From Laetmonice hystrix (taxonomy: Eukaryota): a stretch of DNA of 64,000 bases. The position numbers and the translations under genes are program-made. The notes under the pieces were generated by a model, which saw only the letters and a list, made by a program, of their open reading frames with translations, was not told where the DNA came from and ran no database searches. How positions within the stretch are numbered: position 1 is the stretch's first letter; each line of letters opens with the position of its first letter. Shown here one piece after another: positions 11,220-23,544 of this stretch. The stretch spans positions 26,972,001 through 27,036,000 of the forward strand of contig OZ249436.1 in NCBI GenBank assembly GCA_965235115.1, written 5' to 3'.

Positions 11220-14200
11220 TTTCCCAACCCCTATAATATGGCTAACTGGCCGTGTGACGTTAACCCTAACCACTCAGCCAACACTCCCCCCTCTTTCCAA
11301 TCCCAATGATATGGTTGACTGGCCCTCAGATGTTACCCCTAACCACTCAGCCAACACCCTTCATGTTCCCAATCCCCATGATATGGCTGACTGGCCCTCA
11401 CTCATTACCCCGAACCACTCAGCCAACACCCTCCCTCTACCCAATCCCCATGATATGGCTGACTGGCCCTTAGACATTACCCCGAACCACTCAACCAACA
11501 CCCTCCCTCTTCCCAATCCCCATGATATGGCTGACTGGCCCTCAGACATTACCCCGAACCACTCAGCCAACAGCCTCCCCCTTCCCAATCCCCATGATAT
11601 GGCTGACTGGCCCTTAAGACATTACCCCGAACCACCCAGCCAACACCCTCCCTCTTCCCAATCCCCATGATATGGCTGACTGGCCCTCAGACATTACCCC
11701 GAACCACTCAGCCAACACGCTCCTTCTTCCCAATCCCCATGATATGGCTGAATGTCCCTCACACATTACCCCGAACCACTCAGCCAACCCCCTCCCTCTT
11801 CCCAATCCCCACGATATGGCTGACTGGCCCTTAGACATTACCCGGACCACTCAGCCAACACCCTCCCTCTTGCCAATCCCCATGATATGGCTGACTGGCC
11901 CTTAACATTACCCCGAACCACTCAGCCAACACCTTCCCCCCTTTTTCCAATCCCAATGATATGGTTGACAGGCCCTGAGATGTTACCCCTAACCACTCAG
12001 CCAACATCCTCCCTCTTCCCAATCCCCATGATATGGCTGACTGGCCCTCAGACATTACCCCGAACCACTCAGCCAACACCCTCCCCTTCCCAATCCCATG
12101 ATATGGCTGACTGGCCCTTAGACATTATCCCAAACCACCCAGCCAACACCCTCCCTCTTCCCAATCCCCATGATATGGCTGACTGGCCCTCACTCATTAC
12201 CCCGAACCACTCAGCCAACACTCTCCCCCTTCCCAATCCCATGATATGGCTGACTGGCCCTCAGACATTACCCCGAACGACTGAGCCAACACGCTCCCTC
12301 TTCCCAATCCCCATGATATGGCTGAATGTCCCTCACACATTACCCCGAACCACTCAGCCAACCCCCTCCCTCTTCCCAATCCCCACGATATGGCTGACTG
12401 GCCCTTAGACATTACCCGGACCACTCAGCCAACACCCTCCCTCTTGCCAATCCCCATGATATGGTTGACTGGCCCTCAGATGTTACCCCTAACCACTCAG
12501 CCAACACCCTTCATGTTCCCAATCCCCATGATATGGCTGACTGACCCTCACTCATTACCCCGAACCACTCAGCCAACCCCCTCCCTCTTCCCAATCCCCA
12601 CGATATGGCTGACTGGCCCTTAGGCATTACCCGGACCACTCAGCCAACACCCTCCCTCTTGCCAATCCCCATGATATGGCTGACTGGCCCTCAGACATTA
12701 CCCCGAACGAATGAGCCAACACGCTCCCTCTTCCCAATCCCCATGATATGGCTGAATGTCCCTCACACATTACCCCGAACCACTCAGCCAACCCCCTCCC
12801 TCTTCCCAATCCCCACGATATGGCTGACTGGCCCTTAGGCATTACCCCGAACCACTCAGCCAACACCCTCCCTCTTCCCAATCCCCATGATATGGCTGAC
12901 TGGCCCTTAGACATTACCCCGAACCACTCAGCCAACACCTTCCCCCCTCTTTCCAATCCCAATGATATGGTTGACTGGCCCTCAGATGTTACCCCTAACC
13001 ACTCAGCCAACACCCTTCATGTTCCCAATCCCCATGATATGGCTGACTGGCCCTCACTCATTACCCCGAACCACTCAGCCAACACCCTCCCCCTTCCCAA
13101 TCCCCATGATATGGCTGACTGGCCCTTAAGACATTACCCCGAACCACCCAGCCAACACCCTCCCTCTTCCCAATCCCCATGATATGGCTGACTGGCCCTC
13201 AGACATTACCCCGAACCACTCAGCCAACACGCTCCTTCTTCCCAATCCCCATTATATGGCTGAATGTCCCTCACACATTACCCCGAACCACTCAGCCAAC
13301 CCCCTCCCTCTTCCCAATCCCCACGATATGGCTGACTGGCCCTTAGACATTACCCGGACCACTCAGCCAACACCCTCCCTCTTGCCAATCCCCATGATAT
13401 GGCTGACTGGCCCTTAACATTACCCCGAACCACTCAGCCAACACCTTCCCCCCTTTTTCCAATCCCAATGATATGGTTGACAGGCCCTGAGATGTTACCC
13501 CTAACCACTCAGCCAACATCCTCCCTCTTCCCAATCCCCATGATATGGCTGACTGGCCCTCAGACATTACCCCGAACCACTCAGCCAACACCCTCCCCTT
13601 CCCAATCCCATGATATGGCTGACTGGCCCTTAGACATTATCCCAAACCACCCAGCCAACACCCTCCCTCTTCCCAATCCCCATGATATGGCTGACTGGCC
13701 CTCACTCATTACCCCGAACCACTCAGCCAACACTCTCCCCCTTCCCAATCCCATGATATGGCTGACTGGCCCTCAGACATTACCCCGAACGACTGAGCCA
13801 ACACGCTCCCTCTTCCCAATCCCCATGATATGGCTGAATGTCCCTCACACATTACCCCGAACCACTCAGCCAACCCCCTCCCTCTTCCCAATCCCCACGA
13901 TATGGCTGACTGGCCCTTAGACATTACCCGGACCACTCAGCCAACACCCTCCCTCTTGCCAATCCCCATGATATGGTTGACTGGCCCTCAGATGTTACCC
14001 CTAACCACTCAGCCAACACCCTTCATGTTCCTAATCCCCATGATATGGCTGACTGACCCTCACTCATTACCCCGAACCACTCAGCCAACCCCCTCCCTCT
14101 TCCCAATCCCCACGATATGGCTGACTGGCCCTTAGGCATTACCCGGACCACTCAGCCAACACCCTCCCTCTTGCCAATCCCCATGATATGGCTGACTGGC

Positions 14201-17200
14201 CCTCAGACATTACCCCGAACGAATGAGCCAACACGCTCCCTCTTCCCAATCCCCATGATATGGCTGAATGTCCCTCACACATTACCCCGAACCACTCAGC
14301 CAACCCCCTCCCTCTTCCCAATCCCCACGATATGGCTGACTGGCCCTTAGGCATTACCCCGAACCACTCAGCCAACACCCTCCCTCTTCCCAATCCCCAT
14401 GATATGGCTGACTGGCCCTTAGACATTACCCCGAACCACTCAGCCAACACCTTCCCCCCTCTTTCCAATCCCAATGATATGGTTGACTGGCCCTCAGATG
14501 TTACCCCTAACCACTCAGCCAACACCCTTCATGTTCCCAATCCCCATGATATGGCTGACTGGCCCTCACTCATTACCCCGAACCACTCAGCCAACACCCT
14601 CCCTCTACCCAATCCCCATGATATGGCTGACTGGCCCTTAGCCATTACCCCGAACCACTCAGCCAACACCCCCCCTCTTCCCAATCCCCATGATATGGCT
14701 GACTGGCCCTCAGACATTACCCCGAACCACTCAGCCAACACCCTCCCTCTTCCCAATCCCCATGATATGGCTGACTGGCCCTCAGACATTACCCCGAACC
14801 ACCCAGCCAACACCCTCCCTCTTTCCAATCCCCATGATATGGCTGACTGACCCTCAGACATTACCCCGAACCACTCAGCCAACACCCTCCCCTTCCCAAT
14901 CCCATGATATGGCTGACTGGCCCTTAGACATTATCCCAAACCACCCAGCCAACACCCTCCCTCTTCCCAATCCCCATGATATGGCTGACTGTCCCTCAGA
15001 CATTACCCCGAACCACTCAGCCAACACCCTCCCACTTCCCAATCCCCATGATATGGCTGACTGACCCTCAGACATTACCCCGAACCACTCAGCCAACACC
15101 CTCCCCTTCCCAATCCCATGATATGGCTGACTGGCCCTTAGACATTATCCCAAACCACCCAGCCAACACCCTCCCTCTTCCCAATCCCCATGATATGGCT
15201 GACTGTCCCTCAGACATTACCCCGAACCACTCAGCCAACACCCTTCCACTTCCCAATCCCCATGATATGGCTGACTGGCCCTTAGACATTACCCGGACCA
15301 CTCAGCCAACACCCTCCATCTTGCCAATCCCCATGATATGGCTGACTGGCCCTTAGACATTATCCCAAAGCACCCAGCCAACACCCTCCCCCCTTCCCAA
15401 TCCCCATGATATGGCTGACTGGTCCTCAGACATTACCCCGAACCACAGAGCCAACACCCTCCCTCGACCCAATCCCCATGATATGGCTGACTGGCCCTCA
15501 GACATTACCCCGAACCACTCACAGCCAACACCCTCCCTCTTCCCAATCCCCATGACATGGCTGACTGGCCCTCAGACATTACCCCGAACCACTCAGCCAA
15601 CACCCTCCCTCTTCCCAATCCCCATGATATGGCTGACTGGCCCTTAGACATTACCCCGAACCACTCAGCCAACACCTTCCCCCCTCTTTCCAATCCCAAT
15701 GATATGGTTGACTGGCCCTCAGATGTTACCCCTAACCACTCAGCCAACACCCTTCATGTTCCCAATCCCCATGATATGGCTGACTGGCCCTCACTCATTA
15801 CCCCGAACCACTCAGCCAACACCCTCCCTCTACCCAATCCCCATGATATGGCTGACTGGCCCTTAGCCATTACCCCGAACCACTCAGCCAACACCCCCCC
15901 TCTTCCCAATCCCCATGATATGGCTGACTGGCCCTCAGACATTACCCCGAACCACTCAGCCAACACCCTCCCTCTTCCCAATCCCCATGATATGGCTGAC
16001 TGGCCCTCAGACATTACCCCGAACCACCCAGCCAACACCCTCCCTCTTTCCAATCCCCATGATATGGCTGACTGACCCTCAGACATTACCCCGAACCACT
16101 CAGCCAACACCCTCCCCTTCCCAATCCCATGATATGGCTGACTGGCCCTTAGACATTATCCCAAACCACCCAGCCAACACCCTCCCTCTTCCCAATCCCC
16201 ATGATATGGCTGACTGTCCCTCAGACATTACCCCGAACCACTCAGCCAACACCCTCCCACTTCCCAATCCCCATGATATGGCTGACTGACCCTCAGACAT
16301 TACCCCGAACCACTCAGCCAACACCCTCCCCTTCCCAATCCCATGATATGGCTGACTGGCCCTTAGACATTATCCCAAACCACCCAGCCAACACCCTCCC
16401 TCTTCCCAATCCCCATGATATGGCTGACTGTCCCTCAGACATTACCCCGAACCACTCAGCCAACACCCTTCCACTTCCCAATCCCCATGATATGGCTGAC
16501 TGGCCCTTAGACATTACCCGGACCACTCAGCCAACACCCTCCATCTTGCCAATCCCCATGATATGGCTGACTGGCCCTTAGACATTATCCCAAAGCACCC
16601 AGCCAACACCCTCCCCCCTTCCCAATCCCCATGATATGGCTGACTGGTCCTCAGACATTACCCCGAACCACAGAGCCAACACCCTCCCTCGACCCAATCC
16701 CCATGATATGGCTGACTGGCCCTCAGACATTACCCCGAACCACTCACAGCCAACACCCTCCCTCTTCCCAATCCCCATGACATGGCTGACTGGCCCTCAG
16801 ACATTACCCCGAACCACTCAGCCAACACCCTCCCTCTTCCCAATCCCCATGATATGGCTGACTGGCCCTTAGACATTACCCCGAACCACTCAGCCAACAC
16901 CCTCCCTCTTGCCAATCCCCATGATATGGCTGACTGGCCCTTAGACATTACCCCGAACCACTCAGCCAACACCTTCCCCCCTCTTTCCAATCCCAATGAT
17001 ATGGTTGACTGGCCCGCAGATGTTACCCCTAACCACTCAGCCAACACCCTTCATGTTCCCAATCCCCATGATATGGCTGACTGGCCCTCACTCACTACCC
17101 CGAACCACTCAGCCAACACCCTCCCTCTACCCAATCCCCATGATATGGCTGACTGGCCCTTAGACATTACCCCGAACCACTCAGCCAACACCCTCCCTCT

Positions 17201-20200
17201 TCCCAATCCCCATGATATGGCTGACTGGCCCTTAGACATTACCCCGAACCACTCAGCCAACACCCTCCCTCTTCCCAATCCCCAAGATATGGCTGACTGG
17301 CCCTCAGACATTACTCCGAACCACCCACCCAACACCCTCCCTCTTTCCAATCCCCATGATATGGCTGACTGACCCCCAGACATTACCCCGAACCACTCAG
17401 CCAACACCCTCCCCCTTCCCAATCCCCATGATATGGCTGACTGGCCCTCAGACATTACCCCGAACCACTCAGCCAACAGCCTCCCCCTTCCCAATCCCCA
17501 TGATATGGCTGACTGGCCCTTAGACATTACCCCGAACCACCCAGCCAACACCCTCCCTCTTCCCAATCCCCATGATATGGCTGACTGGCCCTTAGACATT
17601 ACCCGGACCACTCAGCCAACACCCTCCCTCTTGCCAATCCCCATGATATGGCTGACTGGCCCTTAGACATTACCCCGAACCACTCAGCCAACACCTTCCC
17701 CCCTTTTTCCAATCCCAATGATATGGTTGACAGGCCCTGAGATGTTACCCCTAACCACTCAGCCAACATCCTCCCTCTTCCCAATCCCCATGATATGGCT
17801 GACTGGCCCTCAGACATTACCCCGAACCACTCAGCCAACACCCTCCCCTTCCCAATTCCATGATATGGCTGACTGGCCCTTAGACATTATCCCAAACCAC
17901 CCAGCCAACACCCTCCCTCTTCCCAATCCCCATGATATGGCTGACTGGCCCTCACTCATTACCCCGAACCACTCAGCCAACACTCTCCCCCTTCCCAATC
18001 CCATGATATGGCTGACTGGCCCTCAGACATTACCCCGAACGACTGAGCCAACACGCTCCCTCTTCCCAATCCCCATGATATGGCTGAATGTCCCTCACAC
18101 ATTACCCCGAACCACTCAGCCAACACCTTCCCCCCTCTTTCCAATCCCAATGATATGGTTGACTGGCCCTCAGATGTTACCCCTAACCACTCAGCCAACA
18201 CCCTTCATGTTCCCAATCCCCATGATATGGCTGACTGGCCCTCACTCATTACCCCGAACCACTCAGCCAACACCCTCCCTCTACCCAATCCCCATGATAT
18301 GGCTGACTGGCCCTTAGCCATTACCCCGAACCACTCAGCCAACACCCTCCCTCTTCCCTATCCCCATGATATGGCTGACTGACCCTCAGACATTACCCCG
18401 AACCACTCAGCCAACACCCTCCCCTTCCCAATCCCATGATATGGCTGACTGGCCCTTAGACATTATCCCAAACCACCCAGCCAACACCCTCCCTCTTCCC
18501 AATCCCCATGATATGGCTGACTGTCCCTCAGACATTACCCCGAACCACTCAGCCAACACCCTCCCACTTCCCAATCCCCATGATATGGCTGACTGGCCCT
18601 TAGACATTACCCGGACCACTCAGCCAACACCCTCCCTCTTGCCAATCCCCATGATATGGCTGACTGGCCCTTAGACATTATCCCAAAGCACCCAGCCAAC
18701 ACCCTCCCCCTTCCCAATCCCCATGATATGGCTGACTGGTCCTTAGACATTACCCCGAACCACAGAGCCAACACCCTCCCTCGACCCAATCCCCATGATA
18801 TGGCTGACTGGCCCTCAGACATTACCCCGAACCACTCACAGCCAACACCCTCCCTCTTCCCAATCCCCATGACATGGCTGACTGGCCCTCAGACATTACC
18901 CCGAACCACTCAGCCAACACCCTCCCTCTTCCCAATCCCCATGATATGGCTGACTGGCCCTTAGACATTACCCCGAACCACTCAGCCAACACCCTCCCAC
19001 TTCCCAATCCCCATGATATGGCTGACTGGCCCTCAGACATTACCCCGAACCACTCACAGCCAACACCCTCCCTCTTCCCAATCCCCATGACATGGCTGAC
19101 TGGCCCTCAGACATTACCCCGAACCACTCAGCCAACACCCTCCCTCTTCCCAATCCCCATGATATGGCTGACTCGCCCTTAGACATTACCCCGAACCACT
19201 CAGCCAACACCTTCATCCCTTCACAGTCTCCATGATATGGCCGACTGGCCCTTAGACATTACCCCGAACCACTCAGCCAACACCCTCCCTCTTGCCAATC
19301 CCCATGATATGGCTGACTGGCCCTTAGACATTACCCCGAACCACTCAGCCAACACCTTCCCACTTCCCAATCCCCATGATATGGCTGACTGGCCCTTAGA
19401 CATTACCCCGAAACACTCAGCCAACACCTTCATCCCTTCACAATCTCCATGATATGGCCGACTGGCCCTTAGACATTACCCCGAACCACTCAGCCAACAC
19501 CCTCCCTCTTGCCAATCCCCATGATATGGCTGACTGGCCCTCAGACATTACCCCGAACCACTCAGCCAACACCCTCCCTCTTGCCAATCCCCATGATATG
19601 GCTGACTGGCCCTTAGACATTACCCCGAACCACTCAGCCAACACCTTCCCTCTTCCCAATCCCCATGATATGGCTGACTGGCCCTCAGACATTACCCCGA
19701 ACCACTCAGCCAACAGCCTCCCCCTTCCCAATCCCCATGATATGGCTGACTGGCCCTTAGACATTACCCCGAACCACCCAGCCAACACCCTCCCTCTTCC
19801 CAATCCCCATGATATGGCTGACTGGTCCTCAGACATTACCCCGAACCACTCAGCCAACACCCTCCCTCTACCCAATCCCCATGATATGGCTGACTGGCCC
19901 TTAGACATTACCCCGAACCACTCAGCCAACACCCTCCCTCTTCCCAATCCCCATGATATGGCTGACTGGCCCTCAGACATTACCCCGAACCACTCAGCCA
20001 ACACCCTCCCTCTTCCCAATCCCCATGATATGGCTGACTGGCCCTCAGACATTACCCCGAACCACCCACCCAACACCCTCCCTCTTTCCATTCCCCATGA
20101 TATGGCTGACTGACCCCCAGACATTACCCCGAACCACTCAGCCAACACCCTCCCCCTTCCCAATCCCATGATATGGCTGACTGGCCCTTAGACATTATCC

Positions 20201-20339
20201 CAAACCACCCAGCCAACACCCTCCCTCTTCCCAATCCCCATGATATGGCTGACTGTCCCTCAGACATTACCCCGAACCACTCAGCCAACACCCTCCCTCT
20301 TCCCAATCCCCATGATATGGCTGACTGGCCCTCAGACAT

Positions 20340-20348
20340 TACCCCGAA
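20340..20348 (+). other. Empty (uninserted) target site of module A
   Basis: A single TACCCCGAA is followed by the diagnostic CAACTCAACCAAC variant seen after the MITE copies. It lies the same 158 bp upstream of module B and has the same order of upstream monomer variants. Confidence 0.85.
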
Positions 20349-20505
20349 CAACTCAACCAACACCCTCCCTCTTCCCAATCCCCATGATATGGCTGACTGG
20401 CCCTTAGACATTACCCCGAACCACTCAGCCAACACCTTCCCCTCTTCCTAATCCCCATGATACGGCTGTCTGGCCCTAAGACATTCCCTTAAACCACTCA
20501 ACCAA

Positions 20506-21125
20506 ATTCATCATTGTTGATTTTTACTATAGTCATTCAGTTACAACAAGACAAGAATTATATGTGTGCAGGGGTGGCGTCGTGACACAGTGCAGATATT
20601 TCATCTGAAGGGTCAACTCCCACAAACTTTTTTTCATTGTTTTCTTTTGTGATTTTTTGGGTATTTTTCCCCTTTTCTTCTATACTACCACCTCCAACCA
20701 CCCAGAGTGACGCTCCAGTACAGCGAAATCAAATTAACCTTGATATAAACACCCAGCAGACATATCTCAGTACTGCGACATCCATTACCCACAAACTTTT
20801 GTTTCATTTTTTTCTCTTTTGATTTTTTGGGGCTATTTTTCGTTTTTCTTCTATACTACCACCTCCAACCAATCCTATATCCCCCTTCCAAATCCCTGAC
20901 ATGACTGATTGGTCTTCAGACATTCCCTCCAAACACTTAGCCGACATCTCATCCCCTTCCCAATCCACATGCTGTGGCTGTCTGGCCCTCAGACATTACC
21001 TCTAACCACACAACCAACACCTTCCCCACACTCACTACCACAGGGTGATGAAACGAATGGGGCCTATTGTGACCCGGGCCCCAAGGGGAATGACAATGAT
21101 CATAAATGATGATAAGATGACTCGA
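20506..21125. repeat. B+C cassette, intermediate haplotype, following the empty MITE site
   Basis: Has TTCATTGT and CACTACCACAG (type 2) but GATAAGATG and a type-1 downstream monomer order. Confidence 0.9.
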
Positions 21126-22924
21126 TTTCCCAACCCCTATAATATGGCTAACTGGCCGTGTGACGTTAACCCTAACCACTCAGCCAACACCTTCCCCCCT
21201 CTTTCCAATCCCAATGATATGGTTGACTGGCCCTCAGATGTTACCCTTAACCACTCAGCCAACACCCTTCATGTTCCCAATCCCCATGATATGGCTGACT
21301 GGCCCTCACTCATTACCCCGAACCACTCAGCCAACACCCTCCCTCTACCCAATCCCCATGATATGGCTGACTGGCCCTTAGACATTACCCCGAACCACTC
21401 AACCAACACCCTCCCTCTTCCCAATCCCCATGATATGGCTGACTGGCCCTCAGACATTACCCCGAACCACTCAGCCAACACCCTCCCTCTTCCCAATCCC
21501 CATGATATGGCTGACTGGCCCTCAGACATTACCCCGCACCACCCAGCCAACACCCTCCCTCTTTCCAATCCCCAGGATATGGCTGACTGACCCTCAGACA
21601 TTACCCCGAACCACTCAGCCAACACCCTCCCCCTTCCCAATCCCCATGATATGGCTGACTGGCCCTTAGACATTATCCCAAAGCACCCAGCCAACACCCT
21701 CCCCCTTCCCAATCCCCATGATATGGCTGACTGGTCCTCAGACATTACCCCGAACCACAGAGCCAACACCCTCCCTCGACCCAATCCCCATGATATGGCT
21801 GACTGGCCCTCAGACATTACCCCGAACCACTCACAGCCAACACCCTCCCTCTTCCCAATCCCCATGACATGGCTGACTGGCCCTCAGACATTACCCCGAA
21901 CCACTCAGCCAACACCCTCCCTCTTCCCAATCCCCATGATATGGCTGACTCGCCCTTAGACATTACCCCGAACCACTCAGCCAACACCTTCATCCCTTCA
22001 CAGTCTCCATGATATGGCCGACTGGCCCTTAGACATTACCCCGAACCACTCAGCCAACACCCTCCCTCTTGCCAATCCCCATGATATGGCTGACTGGCCC
22101 TTAGACATTACCCCGAACCACTCAGCCAACACCCTCCCACTTCCCAATCCCCATGATATGGCTGACTGGCCCTTAGACATTACCCCGAAACACTCAGCCA
22201 ACACCTTCATCCCTTCACAATCTCCATGATATGGCCGACTGGCCCTTAGACATTACCCCGAACCACTCAGCCAACACCCTCCCTCTTGCCAATCCCCATG
22301 ATATGGCTGACTGGCCCTCAGACATTACCCCGAACCACTCAGCCAACACCCTCCCTCTTGCCAATCCCCATGATATGGCTGACTGGCCCTTAGACATTAC
22401 CCCGAACCACTCAGCCAACACCTTCCCTCTTCCCAATCCCCATGATATGGCTGACTGGCCCTCAGACATTACCCCGAACCACTCAGCCAACAGCCTCCCC
22501 CTTCCCAATCCCCATGATATGGCTGACTGGCCCTTAGACATTACCCCGAACCACCCAGCCAACACCCTCCCTCTTCCCAATCCCCATGATATGGCTGACT
22601 GGCCCTCAGACATTACCCCGAACCACTCAGCCAACACCCTCCCTCTTCCCAATCCCCATGATATGGCTGACTCGCCCTTAGACATTACCCCGAACCACTC
22701 AGCCAACACCTTCATCCCTTCACAGTCTCCATGATATGGCCGACTGGCCCTTAGACATTACCCCGAACCACTCAGCCAACACCCTCCCTCTTGCCAATCC
22801 CCATGATATGGCTGACTGGCCCTTAGACATTACCCCGAACCACTCAGCCAACACCTTCCCCTCTTCCTAATCCCCATGATACGGCTGTCTGGCCCTAAGA
22901 CATTCCCTCAAACCACTCAACCAA

Positions 22925-23544
22925 ATTCATCATTGTTGATTTTTACTATAGTCATTCAGTTACAACAAGACAAGAATTATATGTGTGCAGGGGTGGCGTC
23001 GTGACACAGTGCAGATATTTCATCTGAAGGGTCAACTCCCACAAACTTTTTTTCACTGTTTTCTTTTGTGATTTTTTGGGTATTTTTCCCCTTTTCTTCT
23101 ATACTACCACCTCCAACCACCCAGAGTGACGCTCCAGTACAGCGAAATCAAATTAACCTTGATATAAACACCCAGCAGACATATCTCAGTACTGCGACAT
23201 CCATTACCCACAAACTTTTGTTTCATTTTTTTCTCTTTTGATGTTTTGGGGCTATTTTTCGTTTTTCTTCTATACTACCACCTCCAACCAATCCTATATC
23301 CCCCTTCCCAATCCCTGACATGACTGATTGGTCTTCAGACATTCCCTCCAAACACTTAGCCGACATCTCATCCCCTTCCCAATCCACATGCTGTGGCTGT
23401 CTGGCCCTCAGACATTACCTCTAACCACACAACCAACACCTTCCCCACACTCACTCCCACAGGGTGATGAAACGAATGGGGCCTATTGTGACCCGGGCCC
23501 CAAGGGGAATGACAATGATCATAAATGATGATAAGATGACTCGA
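22925..23544. repeat. B+C cassette, haplotype 1 markers but no MITE upstream
   Basis: Markers TTCACTGT, CACTCCCACAG, GATAAGATG. The upstream monomer is a CTTGCCAAT variant rather than the MITE flank. Confidence 0.9.
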
